From NCBI GenBank assembly GCA_964544235.1, contig CAZIZY010000013.1:1-49461 (forward strand): a DNA stretch of 49,461 bases, in the 5' to 3' direction. Of this stretch, positions 30,224 through 40,533 are shown piece after piece. The position numbers and the translations under genes are program-made. The stretch comes from an uncultured Nitrosopumilales archaeon (GTDB lineage: Archaea > Thermoproteota > Nitrososphaeria > Nitrososphaerales > CAZIZY01). Within the stretch, counting starts at the first letter, position 1. Each line of letters starts with the position of its first letter. A model generated the notes under the pieces. The model was not told the DNA's origin and searched no databases. It worked only from the letters and a program-made list of their open reading frames with translations.

Positions 30224-30910
30224 TTAAAGAAATTTCTCTCTTATATGCTCAACTGATTCTATGAATCCTTTTCCCATTTTGTTTTTAGTTGAATAATTGG
30301 ATTTATCTTTAACATGATTTGGTGATTGACCCATTGAAACACTATAACTCGATCTTTCAAATAATTCTATGTCAGTTTCACTATCTCCAATTGCTATGGT
30401 TTCTTTCCATGTTAATTTTAATTTTTTAAGAATTTCTTCAAATCCGTTCGCTTTATTCACATTTTTCCCACAAATATGGTATCCATACCCTGAATCTGTT
30501 AGTGTTACCTCTAATTTATTTTCTTTAATTATTTCTTTACCATGCTCTATATCAAATGTTCTTTCAACAACAACTTCAGTAAGTCTAGGAAATACATTTC
30601 TAAGATTTACGTTATTAATTTCTTTAACAAGATGTTCATAAGCATTCAAACATTCAGTTTTATCATGATTAATAACTAAGTCTTGTGGTGAATATACAAT
30701 TACTCCGCCATTTTCAGCTACTGCCATTTTTGTTATCCCTAAAAATGATGCTAATGGGTATAGTTCATAGTGACTTCTTCCACTTGCTAAAATTACTTTG
30801 TATCCTGATTCTTCGAGTTGGCGTAATACTTGAACAGCTTGAAGATCTAATTTTCCTCCATTCTCTGTTATGGTTCCATCAACATCTACAGCGAAACATT
30901 TTATTGACAT
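30224..30910 (-). CDS. Phosphoglycolate phosphatase-like HAD hydrolase (archaeal Cof type)
   Basis: DVDGTIT, ASGR, AENGG, VNKA, IGDSETD. Confidence 0.88.
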   Translation of the reverse strand: MSIKCFAVDVDGTITENGGKLDLQAVQVLRQLEESGYKVILASGRSHYELYPLASFLGITKMAVAENGGVIVYSPQDLVINHDKTECLNAYEHLVKEINNVNLRNVFPRLTEVVVERTFDIEHGKEIIKENKLEVTLTDSGYGYHICGKNVNKANGFEEILKKLKLTWKETIAIGDSETDIELFERSSYSVSMGQSPNHVKDKSNYSTKNKMGKGFIESVEHIREKFL

Positions 30911-30988
30911 TAACCGATCATCTCTTGATATCTGAATAATATTATTACTAATATCCTTATAATAATGAATTGTATTTGATTCAATTTA

Positions 30989-31100
30989 GGATCCGTAGCC
31001 CAGCTAGGATTAGGGCGTCGAAATTACTTTAGTGCGTATGCCTCCGATTCAACTTTGAGTTGAAAGCCGGAAGTCCGGGGTTCAAATCCCCGCGGATCCG
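30989..31100 (+). tRNA. tRNA-Arg(CCG) with two introns (29/30 19 nt, 31021-31039; 37/38 17 nt, 31048-31064)
   Basis: Acceptor stem GGATCCG/CGGATCC, A20 and G73 Arg determinants. Spliced anticodon arm TCGGC-CTCCGAA-GCCGG; mature length 76 nt. Confidence 0.8.
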
Positions 31101-31107
31101 CATGTTC

Positions 31108-32277
31108 TCACTCTTTTTCTCTTAATAGTAATAAACCCATCATTAATGCTATTATCATTAATATTCCTGATAATGTAAAAGGACTGGATGTTCCGACTCT
31201 TTCATAAAGCAATCCTCCCATAAATGGACCAGGGACTCTTGCTAAACTAGCTATTGATTGTGATATTCCTAATATACTTCCTTGTTCATCTCTAGAGCTT
31301 TTTTTAGATATAATGCTTGGAACAATCGTCATCATTATTCCTATTCCTATTGATATGACGCCTGTTAATATTAAAAAAACTATGAAATTAGTGAATATTG
31401 GGATAATTAAAATACCAACCATTAACAATATTCCTATTGTTAGTAGTTTTTCATCTTTGATTCTCTTAGTTATTTTACCCATTAACCCTTGAATTGTTGC
31501 TTGCGTAATTCCAATATATACAAAAATTATTGACATCAATTTAGCGTCTAGATCAAAATATTCTATTCCAATTAACGGATAAATTACAGGAATCGTGAAA
31601 AATGAGAAATTACCGATAAAAAAAGTAGCTAGCAAGATCTTGGTCGTTTTATTCTTGAAAACTAATTTAATAGATTCTTTTAATTTCTTATTTTGTTCTT
31701 TTTCTTTTTTTGTTATTGATTCTGATAACCAGAAGAAAGCTAAAACTAAATTTATCGAAGCTATTCCTGCCGCTACTATTCCAGGAAAAGCAAATCCATA
31801 TGAAATTAGACTTCCACTAATTAAAGGCCCAACTATTGTCCCTATTCCAAATGCTGCCCCAATTCTGCCCAGCCATTTCACTCTATCTTTTTGTTCTGTT
31901 GAATCAGCTATGTATGCTTGCGCAACTGAAATATTTGATGCTCCTGCTCCTGCTAATAACCTTGAAATTAATAATATGTATATTGAATTTGCGAATACGA
32001 ATGTTACATGACCTAATATTGATATGATTAATGTTCCAATTATTATTGGTCTTCTACCTATTTTATCTGACATCTTTCCAATAACTGGTGATAATATGAA
32101 TTGCATTAATGATGATGCTGCTACTAACACTCCTAATATTATTGGAGTTGCTCCAAATAATTTACTATAGAATGGTAATAATGGTATTATTATTCCAATT
32201 CCAATGAAGTCTACAATTATAGTTAAAATAATTATCCAAAGTGATGATACTCTTTCTTTTTTCCCTATTTTTTTCAT
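31108..32277 (-). CDS. MFS transporter (TetA/DHA1-like)
   Basis: GKMSDKIGRRP motif A, AQAYIAD, about 12 TM helices. Confidence 0.92.
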   Translation of the reverse strand: MKKIGKKERVSSLWIIILTIIVDFIGIGIIIPLLPFYSKLFGATPIILGVLVAASSLMQFILSPVIGKMSDKIGRRPIIIGTLIISILGHVTFVFANSIYILLISRLLAGAGASNISVAQAYIADSTEQKDRVKWLGRIGAAFGIGTIVGPLISGSLISYGFAFPGIVAAGIASINLVLAFFWLSESITKKEKEQNKKLKESIKLVFKNKTTKILLATFFIGNFSFFTIPVIYPLIGIEYFDLDAKLMSIIFVYIGITQATIQGLMGKITKRIKDEKLLTIGILLMVGILIIPIFTNFIVFLILTGVISIGIGIMMTIVPSIISKKSSRDEQGSILGISQSIASLARVPGPFMGGLLYERVGTSSPFTLSGILMIIALMMGLLLLREKE

Positions 32278-32313
32278 CTAATGCACTACTATATGGATAA
32301 TTTCATAAACCTA

Positions 32314-33288
32314 TCATTCATTTGATATTTTTAATTCTTGGTCTAATGTCTCTAGAAAATATTTAATTTTATTTGAAGGTATTTGAGCTCCACTAGCTCT
32401 AGGATGACCTCCACCAAATCCTCCTATTTCTGTTGTGATTTGACCTATTAGTTCTCCTAAATGTGATTTACATTTAGATGAAGCTCTGATCGACATTTCT
32501 ATTTTTCCTTTTTCTTCATTCTTTAACGCTATTCCTACGGGAACATTAAACACTCCTAATAGTATACTAGCTACACTTCCTGATGATCCTTTATCATTTA
32601 TTACCCATGCTAAATTCTTCATAACTTTTCCTTCACTTTCAATTTGCTTTATTATTTCATTAATTTTTGCAGCTTGTTCTATTGATGATTCTACTACTCC
32701 TTCAATAGTGTGAGGCATTTTTCCATTGGCCATCTCTTTTATTAATTTCAATAAAAATTTTTCATTGGATTGTTTGATAACAATAGAATGTGATAACATT
32801 GATGCTTCATATAGTAAGAATACTCTATCTGAGTTCTCAATGATCTTTGAGGCCAAATATTTAGAATCCATGAAATCTCCTATTGCTCCGAATGCGGCTA
32901 TCATTGATGCTCTTTTTGGAATTTCTTCTTTAAACCTTTCATACACTAACATGGCACATGATTCTTCGATTGAATGAGTCACTAAAATTCCTTCTTTTTC
33001 TAGTTTATTTTTAATATCTTCATTAATCGGATGATGATCTATGTATTCTACCTTTCCTTTTTTAGCTAACCTTGATGTATGTTTGATGAAATCGTTTGCG
33101 TTTTTAGCATTTAACCCTAAATCGCAAATATATAAATTATTAACTTCTTTTACTGAGGCTAACGTCTTTATAATGTCTGAATAATCAGCTAACAGCGTTT
33201 TTCCTCCTTTAGCCATTCTTACTATTGTAGCAGAACAAATTCCATCTGCGTCTTTAACATGTGATATGCATAAAACATCATATTTCAT
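32314..33288 (-). CDS. DHH/DHHA1 family phosphoesterase
   Basis: HVKDADG, ICDLG, IDHH, GGGHPRASG. Confidence 0.9.
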   Translation of the reverse strand: MKYDVLCISHVKDADGICSATIVRMAKGGKTLLADYSDIIKTLASVKEVNNLYICDLGLNAKNANDFIKHTSRLAKKGKVEYIDHHPINEDIKNKLEKEGILVTHSIEESCAMLVYERFKEEIPKRASMIAAFGAIGDFMDSKYLASKIIENSDRVFLLYEASMLSHSIVIKQSNEKFLLKLIKEMANGKMPHTIEGVVESSIEQAAKINEIIKQIESEGKVMKNLAWVINDKGSSGSVASILLGVFNVPVGIALKNEEKGKIEMSIRASSKCKSHLGELIGQITTEIGGFGGGHPRASGAQIPSNKIKYFLETLDQELKISNE

Positions 33289-33299
33289 ATTTTCACCCT

Positions 33300-33860
33300 T
33301 TAATTTTTCTCCATTCTATGAATATATTGTAAACTATATATCCCAATAATTGTTAGAACTGTAAAAAACTTTGTAGCGAATGTTAAATTCCATGGATATT
33401 CTGGATTGGGTGCTTGATTAACTAAAGAATCTGGATTGATTATTCCCATAGTTGCTTGCTGACTCATAAGTGCGCTCCACGTACTAAAGTTATAAAATAC
33501 TTCATAAATGCTTATTGACGCTATTAAAAATGCTAGCATCTTGAGTATTCCTAACTTAAATGCTGATATTTTTTTAAATCTTTCTTTATTTAACTCCAAA
33601 AATGAGAACCATCCTATTAGTACAAAAGTGTACATCCATGTTACTGGTTTAGCATAAATAGGTAAAATTTCTGGTGAAGGTATCTCAAATGGCTTTCCAT
33701 TTATGTTAACTAATGTATCTCCTACAATATCTATTTCCCAAATTAAACTGCTTATTATTCCATAACTAATTATAATTAATGTAATTATTATTGATATTCG
33801 TAAAATTATTTTATAGAAATTATTTAATTTATTACTTTCATTCTTTTTGAAATAATTCAA
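33300..33860 (-). CDS. Hypothetical membrane protein
   Basis: Four TM segments; YEVFYNF and PWNLTFATK segments; co-oriented with csl4 and the DHH gene. Confidence 0.75.
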   Translation of the reverse strand: MNYFKKNESNKLNNFYKIILRISIIITLIIISYGIISSLIWEIDIVGDTLVNINGKPFEIPSPEILPIYAKPVTWMYTFVLIGWFSFLELNKERFKKISAFKLGILKMLAFLIASISIYEVFYNFSTWSALMSQQATMGIINPDSLVNQAPNPEYPWNLTFATKFFTVLTIIGIYSLQYIHRMEKN

Positions 33861-33882
33861 TTAAGCTTTCTCTCGTTTATTC

Positions 33883-34434
33883 TTAATTATCAAAATCATC
33901 TGCTAATTTTCGATCGTCATTAAATCCGCATTCAATACATTTCACTCTGTCTCTAGTTCTAATCACTTTCTCTCCACAAATACTACAAGAAGTAAATAAT
34001 ACTCCACATTCTCTAGGTTCCATTGTTAATGAAATTACCGAGTTAGCTGCGCTTACTACCTTAGCTCTAACTCGATCTCCACTCTTGCAAAGAGTTCTTC
34101 TTCTTCCTCTTTCAAATCCTTGATTTGCTTTTAATATTAGTCCTGATAAACCTGAACTTGTTAAAATTTCGTTTACATATTCGATTTTTATCGCAATAAG
34201 ACTTGGTTGGACTGTTTCCACTTTACCTACAATTAAATCATTTTTACGAATTACATTCTTATTTTTATGTGAATTATTTACTTTTATAGAATAATTCTCT
34301 TTATCAATCTCTGTTTTTCCTAATTGATTTGCTCTAATATTTCCTTTATCTATATACGTTCCTTTTCCAGCATTGAATTCTTCTATTATTGCAATACTGT
34401 CTCCCGGAATAACTTCAATATTTTTTTTTACCAA
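33883..34434 (-). CDS. csl4: Exosome complex component Csl4
   Basis: VIPGD..EEF..G.GTY, S1 domain (GDRVRAKV), C-terminal zinc ribbon and RK. Confidence 0.92.
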   Translation of the reverse strand: MVKKNIEVIPGDSIAIIEEFNAGKGTYIDKGNIRANQLGKTEIDKENYSIKVNNSHKNKNVIRKNDLIVGKVETVQPSLIAIKIEYVNEILTSSGLSGLILKANQGFERGRRRTLCKSGDRVRAKVVSAANSVISLTMEPRECGVLFTSCSICGEKVIRTRDRVKCIECGFNDDRKLADDFDN

Positions 34435-34451
34435 TTAAATCACTCAAAAAC

Positions 34452-35453
34452 CTAAAGCCAGTGAGACTTGCTTAAAAAGTCTCCAATCTCTTCTCCTTTA
34501 TATATTTTTATTAGTGCCTCGGCTTGAGGCATTGAAAGAATAGGCTTTGCAAATGAATGATCGTCTATTGATACTCTTGGACAGGCTGTTTGTATAAACG
34601 CATCTATGTCTTTTAATATTACTAATTTGTCTGATGTTATTTCTCTTTGTGCCAATAAATGTACTTTTTTACCAAATTTCTCAAATTCATTTTTAATCTT
34701 TAATGAGCGTTTAAGCATTATTTGTCCTTCTTTTAATCCAATTATTAAACCAAAATTATCTGCATCTCTAGCTCGATATATTGCTAATGTAGCTTTCTTT
34801 TGAAGTTCATTTGCAATAGTATTGATTTCTTTAACTTCATTAAAATATGGATCTATCATGTATGTGGGTTTTCCAGTTGAAAGACCGACTCCAATAGCAT
34901 GAAACCTACTTTGTCCAAGAAAAGCAAATGCATTCACTTTATCTTTTAGTTCAAAAGCAGGATAAAATTCACATCCAAATACTTGACCATCTTTCAGTTG
35001 TCCTTTACCTGTTCCTACATTAGCTTCTATTCCATTATTGTTAAAATAATCAACTATTTGATCAAGTTTATGAATATGTTGACTTGAAGTAGATATTCCT
35101 ATTTTCTTATGTGGTTTTAGCGTTTTAACAGCTTCCTCTAATACTTCCTCAAAAGAAACGTCATCAAATGCATTTATCATAAAGGTTCTTGTCCCAATTT
35201 TTTTCATCGATATTGAATGACCTATATTGAACGCGACCTCAGCTCCTAAACGTTCAGCATCTGCATCAGCTATGTCACAACTTCCATAACAAGGATCAGT
35301 TAACACAAATGATGAAATTTTAAATTTCTCTTGTAATTTCATGGAGATCTCGTTAGTTTTATTCAATAGAGCTTCAGGACAATTAAGTACAACGGTGCTT
35401 GGCTTGTTTGCTTCAACTTCTTTGAATATTGTTTCCTCATCTATTTGAATTAA
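34452..35453 (-). CDS. dph2: Diphthamide biosynthesis enzyme Dph2
   Basis: DPCYGSCD, GQVFGC, TACPR. The frame stays open upstream of the track start (IQIDEETIF..VVLNCPE) to 35453. Confidence 0.9.
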   Translation of the reverse strand, partial: LIQIDEETIFKEVEANKPSTVVLNCPEALLNKTNEISMKLQEKFKISSFVLTDPCYGSCDIADADAERLGAEVAFNIGHSISMKKIGTRTFMINAFDDVSFEEVLEEAVKTLKPHKKIGISTSSQHIHKLDQIVDYFNNNGIEANVGTGKGQLKDGQVFGCEFYPAFELKDKVNAFAFLGQSRFHAIGVGLSTGKPTYMIDPYFNEVKEINTIANELQKKATLAIYRARDADNFGLIIGLKEGQIMLKRSLKIKNEFEKFGKKVHLLAQREITSDKLVILKDIDAFIQTACPRVSIDDHSFAKPILSMPQAEALIKIYKGEEIGDFLSKSHWL

Positions 35454-35550
35454 TTAAATCATCTCTTATTCTTAACATTGTACCTTAAGTCGTTCTCGTT
35501 TATTATTTTTTCATTTATTGATAAATGGTTATTCTTCAATATAATTACAG

Positions 35551-36066
35551 TTATTTTCTTTTTTGCTGTTTTGGTTCACTTATTTCGGTGGTTAACATTT
35601 GTGTTCTAAATGGTAATTTACTTTTAGCTGCATCCATTGATTCTTTTATTCTATCCATTTTATTATTATAAGTTTTAACTTCGAATAAAACCGTTCCTGA
35701 TACAACTCTTGCTGCTCTGTTACTAGGTTTACCCCAAGCTCTCCTCATTCCTTCTTGAAGTCTATCTGCACCAGCAGTCGCTATCATTTTATTTTCGCGC
35801 AGAATAACATGTGGATAAGCTTTTACTAATAGATGATAACTTTCTTCTTCCTCGCTGAGTTTTTTATTCATAGCAACTCTAGCAGCTTCTATAGCATTAT
35901 GGGTAATTTGACCTCTTTGCTTAGATACTAATTGAACTTTAAGTTCATAATCTGGTTTCATCGTTCCCAGAGAAAATCTAGCTATTTTTACATTAGGAGC
36001 AGATGGAGCAAAAGCCTTACTTGTTAATGGCATTCCTCTGGAAAGCCTATAGTTACTTCCTTTCAT
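35551..36066 (-). CDS. rpl10e: 50S ribosomal protein uL16 (L10e)
   Basis: AIEAARV, YPHVILRENKM, AGADRLQEGMRRAWGKP. Confidence 0.96.
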   Translation of the reverse strand: MKGSNYRLSRGMPLTSKAFAPSAPNVKIARFSLGTMKPDYELKVQLVSKQRGQITHNAIEAARVAMNKKLSEEEESYHLLVKAYPHVILRENKMIATAGADRLQEGMRRAWGKPSNRAARVVSGTVLFEVKTYNNKMDRIKESMDAAKSKLPFRTQMLTTEISEPKQQKRK

Positions 36067-36127
36067 TTATATTATCACTTAATATGAAATTTTTCATAGA
36101 TAATTAACTTTACGTTTAATATCGTGC

Positions 36128-37894
36128 TTAATTATTATCAGATGCCTTTTCAATTTTTTTTAGTTGCCTAAGATACATTTTTTCAACTTCTTTACTTTCA
36201 GTTGCATCTTTAGGACTTTTATCTTTCCTTATTTTTCCTTTGAATTTTGGAAACCTTAGGGCTAATCCACTCCCTTTCCTAATATTATTAATTGAACAAG
36301 TATGAATTGGGCTTAACGTTATCTCTGATGCTATGATCTCAATTACCATATTAGGAATAAACCATACATCAGCTTTAATATTCGAATCTACTTTTTGATG
36401 TTTATTATTTATTTTATCTTTTTCGAGAATCTTTGGAAATTCTTCTAAGTCTTCATCAGTAAATCCTGATCCAATTTTAGTAATACTTCTAAAAAGATCA
36501 TTTTCTTTGTCGTATACTGCTAGTAAATATGTCCCATATTTTCCAGCACGTTTTCCTTTCCCATAAAACGCTCCAATTATGACTAAATCAAATGAATCCT
36601 CTATAGAATTCTTATAATCTCTTTTTAATTTTATCCAAGAATATTCTCTTGCTCCTGCTCTATATTTACTGGATAATTTCTTCGCAACTAAGCCTTCACA
36701 TCCATCTTTAATCGCGTTTTCCATGAATTCTTCTATTTCTTCAGGATCATCACTAATTTTTGATGGAACTACTTTAACGTCTTCATCTACTTTCACTATC
36801 CCTTCTAATATTTTTCTTCTATTACTGTAACTCTCATTCATTATTTCGTTGTTATCGCAGTAAAGGACATCAAAAAAGTTTAATGAAATTGGATATTGTT
36901 TTATTGCTTCTTCTATTCCATGTTTTCGACGACGATGCATTAATTCTTGAAAAGGAAGATATTCTTTTGTTTTGGAATTAATTGCTACAGCTTCAGCTTC
37001 AACTATAACTTCCTTTGCTCTAATTTGATTATTGACAATTTTAATCACATCTGGATATTGTATTGTAATGTTTTCAAGTCTTCTTGAATAAATCTTCGTT
37101 TCATCTTTTGATTTATGTATTTGAAGCCTTTCTCCATCCAATTTATATTCAATAGCACATTCACCTATTTTTTCTATGATTTCATTAGCTGATGATAACC
37201 TTTCTGCAAGCATAGGTCTTACGGGGTTACCTACTTTCAGTTTCAGTTCTTTTACAGCTTTTAATCCATTTGAAGCAACAATATTTGCTATTTTACCTAA
37301 ATCGCTAGTAATATTATAAGCTGATTCAAGTTCTTTTTTATTTTTCTTATCTTCAGTAAATGCTTCTGCGAGAGCATCTAATACAGTTTGATCAGCTATC
37401 CCTAATCTTAGTTTACCTACAACTGTACGCATTATATATTTGGCTTCAATTGGCTCTGAATCTGCAATAATATTGTTCAAGTACCTGATCTTAGTTTCTA
37501 TCGATTTTGAACCAGTTACGTTCGAAATTTTTTCTAACGTTTCATATACTCTTTCAACTGTAAGAGGCTCTGAAAAAAGGACACTTTGAGGCTTTGACTT
37601 AGAAGCAATTTCAGCTACTTTACCTATGTCTCCTACTTTATTGTATTCGTTTTCTAATTCTATTGAATTTTTTCCTGACGTTAAATGAATTGCTTTTAAG
37701 GCTAATTTATCTGATATTCCAATTTCTATTCCTTCATGTTCAGGTTTTAATTTTCCTTGGGTTAAGTAAATTATTTTATCTATATTAGATATTGACGTTT
37801 GTTTCAGTAAAGTCGTTAAAATACTCGTCATCTCAAGCCTTTTAGAAGTAAGTTCTAGGCTTTCGTATGTATCTGCTACAATTCTATAACGCAT
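36128..37894 (-). CDS. lig: ATP-dependent DNA ligase
   Basis: EYKLDGERLQIH, EGLVAK, WIKLK, LRFP. Confidence 0.97.
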   Translation of the reverse strand: MRYRIVADTYESLELTSKRLEMTSILTTLLKQTSISNIDKIIYLTQGKLKPEHEGIEIGISDKLALKAIHLTSGKNSIELENEYNKVGDIGKVAEIASKSKPQSVLFSEPLTVERVYETLEKISNVTGSKSIETKIRYLNNIIADSEPIEAKYIMRTVVGKLRLGIADQTVLDALAEAFTEDKKNKKELESAYNITSDLGKIANIVASNGLKAVKELKLKVGNPVRPMLAERLSSANEIIEKIGECAIEYKLDGERLQIHKSKDETKIYSRRLENITIQYPDVIKIVNNQIRAKEVIVEAEAVAINSKTKEYLPFQELMHRRRKHGIEEAIKQYPISLNFFDVLYCDNNEIMNESYSNRRKILEGIVKVDEDVKVVPSKISDDPEEIEEFMENAIKDGCEGLVAKKLSSKYRAGAREYSWIKLKRDYKNSIEDSFDLVIIGAFYGKGKRAGKYGTYLLAVYDKENDLFRSITKIGSGFTDEDLEEFPKILEKDKINNKHQKVDSNIKADVWFIPNMVIEIIASEITLSPIHTCSINNIRKGSGLALRFPKFKGKIRKDKSPKDATESKEVEKMYLRQLKKIEKASDNN

Positions 37895-38012
37895 TAAACT
37901 CTAATTACTATTTTGATTTATTTATATTATCAATATATTCACGAATAATGTTAAAAAAATAAAATTTAGATAAATATATAGTTAAACTGTTTAGTTTTTT
38001 TAATATATCTAT

Positions 38013-38231
38013 CTAATTTGATGATTTCATCGCAAGATCTATAATAGCGATTATTGCGCTTAATCCCACTAATACATATACTAATGTTCCTACTGCTCCT
38101 GCAGTTGCGTCCGCAATAATGGTAACCAAGTTAGTGTCAGCTACGCCGACAAGACCCCAATTAAGACCGCCTATAATTAATAGAATCTGTGCAATTTTAC
38201 TTAAAGGCTCAGGTATAGAACTGTTTGCCAT
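38013..38231 (-). CDS. DUF378 family small membrane protein
   Basis: LLIIGGLNWGLVG...VYVLVGLSA. Confidence 0.88.
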   Translation of the reverse strand: MANSSIPEPLSKIAQILLIIGGLNWGLVGVADTNLVTIIADATAGAVGTLVYVLVGLSAIIAIIDLAMKSSN

Positions 38232-38320
38232 TGTAATAGTTCATAAAGTAAAAATGATATATATGTCTATCTTTTTTTACCTTATACGTTTCTGGCTAAA
38301 TTATACCTTCTATAAACCCA

Positions 38321-38695
38321 TTATTTTTGCATAATTAATGAAATACTGTCGCCATTTGAGATTCGATTAAGTATATCTTTATCTGATTTTATTTTTCCTA
38401 TTAAACTCATTGATTTAGATACTTCCATATCTTTCAAAAAAATACCTATTGCTCCGTTTGAAGCTATGAATGAAATATCTCCCTTCTCAAATTTTTTCTT
38501 AGGTCTTTCAGATCCTATCTTTATAGGTGTTAGAATATATGCAAATGTTTCGTCTAATTTATTCATTCTTCCCTCAATAGGAATATTTCTAAGTATATTT
38601 CCTACGGCTGTTGGAGATAAGTGTTTAAATAAATTGACTTCAATTTCACCCTTATCTCTAATTATCATTTTTAAATTTACTTTTGATAATTCCAA
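38321..38695 (-). CDS. Cyclophilin-like fold protein
   Basis: HLSPTAV..P, GSERPK..FEKGDISF, IGKI. Confidence 0.75.
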   Translation of the reverse strand: MELSKVNLKMIIRDKGEIEVNLFKHLSPTAVGNILRNIPIEGRMNKLDETFAYILTPIKIGSERPKKKFEKGDISFIASNGAIGIFLKDMEVSKSMSLIGKIKSDKDILNRISNGDSISLIMQK

Positions 38696-38811
38696 ATTAT
38701 ATTATTCCTTTTTATTTACTTAATTCTCAATTATATTCGTTAATATTTAACATTCTTATGGTTTAGATCCAAAATCTTTATTTGTATTGATGCTTAAGTT
38801 TCACTCTAAAC

Positions 38812-39135
38812 TTGAGTAAAAGTGCGTCTAAGTCAAAATCTAAACAGAAAGTAAGTGTAAAAAAACCAACTAAATCTAATAACAGTAGTAAGAAACCTTT
38901 TGACATTAAAATCGGGTCTTCTAATTTAACTAGATTTGAAGAAGCTCGAATAATTGGAGCAAGATCGCTAGAACTTGCATATGGTGCCCCTATGTTTATA
39001 AAAATAAATTCCAAAATTCGAGATCCAATGTCAATTGCCAAAAAAGAGCTTAAAACTAAATCTCTTCCTATATCTATCCGAAGGTTATTGCCTAACGGTG
39101 ATTATCAAGATATCCCTGTTGATATTTTAGTTTAA
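38812..39135 (+). CDS. rpoK: RNA polymerase subunit Rpo6 (K)
   Basis: LTRFEEARIIGARSLEL..GAP, LPISIRR. Confidence 0.95.
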   Translation: MSKSASKSKSKQKVSVKKPTKSNNSSKKPFDIKIGSSNLTRFEEARIIGARSLELAYGAPMFIKINSKIRDPMSIAKKELKTKSLPISIRRLLPNGDYQDIPVDILV

Positions 39136-39193
39136 AACAAATATTGCTTATAATTAACCTTAATAGTCTCTACATCTTGATAGTTATTGATCA

Positions 39194-39526
39194 ATGATGT
39201 CTAACGAAAACAATAATGAAAACACTAGTAGACCTTCTACTTCATCACAACCACCAATTCCACCTAATACAGTGTTTGTAGGCAAAAAACCTGTTATGAG
39301 TTATGCTATGTCTGCATTAATTCAATTAGCTCAATCTGGTGAAATTACAATAAAGGCTCGAGGAATGGTTATTTCAAACGCTGTAGATGTTGCTGAAATA
39401 GTTAGTAAACGTCTTGGTAATAATGCATATGAAGTTAAATCTGTCTCAATTGATACTGAAAAAGTAGGCGCTCCAGGAGAGGAAAGGAACGTATCTACTA
39501 TTGAAATCAAATTAGGTAGAAAATAA
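39194..39526 (+). CDS. albA: DNA/RNA-binding protein Alba
   Basis: VGKKPVMSY, IKARG..IS.AVDVAE, VSTIEI. Confidence 0.95.
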   Translation: MMSNENNNENTSRPSTSSQPPIPPNTVFVGKKPVMSYAMSALIQLAQSGEITIKARGMVISNAVDVAEIVSKRLGNNAYEVKSVSIDTEKVGAPGEERNVSTIEIKLGRK

Positions 39527-39654
39527 CTTATTTATCTGTTTTATATTTCCGTCATTATAGACTTCTCCCTAAACTAAATTAGGCATTTTAATTTCTTTTA
39601 GTTATTTTTAACTATCAGGAAGCTTAAATGAAATGATATTCATGCTTTATTAAA

Positions 39655-39755
39655 GCGGGGGTCGCCAAGCTTGGTCAACGGCGCGAGGCTTAGGAGCTTC
39701 ATGTTAAGATACCTCGTCCTTTAGTGGTTCGTGGGTTCAAATCCCACCCCCCGCA
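39655..39755 (+). tRNA. tRNA-Leu(TAG) with canonical 16-nt intron (39695-39710)
   Basis: Acceptor stem GCGGGGG/CCCCCGC, long variable arm, BHB helix CTTA/TAAG. Confidence 0.95.
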
Positions 39756-39786
39756 CTTATTTATTTGCGGGAACCTTGAGAAATCG

Positions 39787-40464
39787 CTATTTTCTTTTTT
39801 TCAGATAAGTTTTACGGAATTTTTCAGAAGCTAAAATAGAACTAAGCGGTTTATACTGAATTATTAATTGTATAAATGGTCCGATACTAAACGCAAACCA
39901 TATAGTACCTATTCCTATATTTCCACCAAGAATAAAACCTGCTATAAGGACTATTGATTCCATTGAAGTTCGAGCTACAGCAATCGGAATTCCACGCTTA
40001 GCTAATCCTGTCATCAATCCATCTCTGGGTCCTGGACCCATTTCTGCTCCTATGTATAAAATAGTTCCCAAAGCCACTAATATTGGAGCAATTAATATCA
40101 TCAAAAATCTGATAATTAAATTATTAGTATTTGGTAACACAAACATCCAGACATCGATCATTATCCCTATTACAATTACATTAAGAATTGTTCCAATTCC
40201 AGGACGCTCTTTAAGTGGTAACCACAATATCATTATTACTGCACCAACTATTATGCTGATCATTCCTACACTCGTTAGATCAATATTCTTTCCAAAAATT
40301 TGACTACTAATATCAGTTCTAATAGAAATTCCTTGATGTAAGATATCCCACGGCCCTAATCCTAATCTTGCTTCTAACATTAGAGCTAATGCAAATCCAA
40401 ATACTATTAGGCCTATGTTGAGTCGAATAAATCGTTGAAAAAAGTTAGACATGTGTTTCATCAA
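39787..40464 (-). CDS. YczE/YitT-like membrane protein
   Basis: LGLGPWD, PGIGT, GPGPRDGLM, GGNIGIGT. Confidence 0.88.
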   Translation of the reverse strand: MMKHMSNFFQRFIRLNIGLIVFGFALALMLEARLGLGPWDILHQGISIRTDISSQIFGKNIDLTSVGMISIIVGAVIMILWLPLKERPGIGTILNVIVIGIMIDVWMFVLPNTNNLIIRFLMILIAPILVALGTILYIGAEMGPGPRDGLMTGLAKRGIPIAVARTSMESIVLIAGFILGGNIGIGTIWFAFSIGPFIQLIIQYKPLSSILASEKFRKTYLKKRK

Positions 40465-40533
40465 TATTAAAATTATATTTTTTTATGATTATTTCGATTA
40501 TTTATTTAGTTCTATTACTGTTTTCAGTATGGT

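Noticed and set aside
27038-31056. 13-nt inverted match CCGATTCAACTTT upstream of tRNA-Gln (27038-27050) and inside tRNA-Arg (31044-31056)
   Set aside because: Matches of this length are expected by chance in AT-rich DNA of this size, and this one does not extend.
39750-39771. CCCGCA..TGCGGG hairpin at the tRNA-Leu 3' end as an att site or integrated element
   Set aside because: Only 6 bp, with no integrase or duplicated tRNA end in the window.
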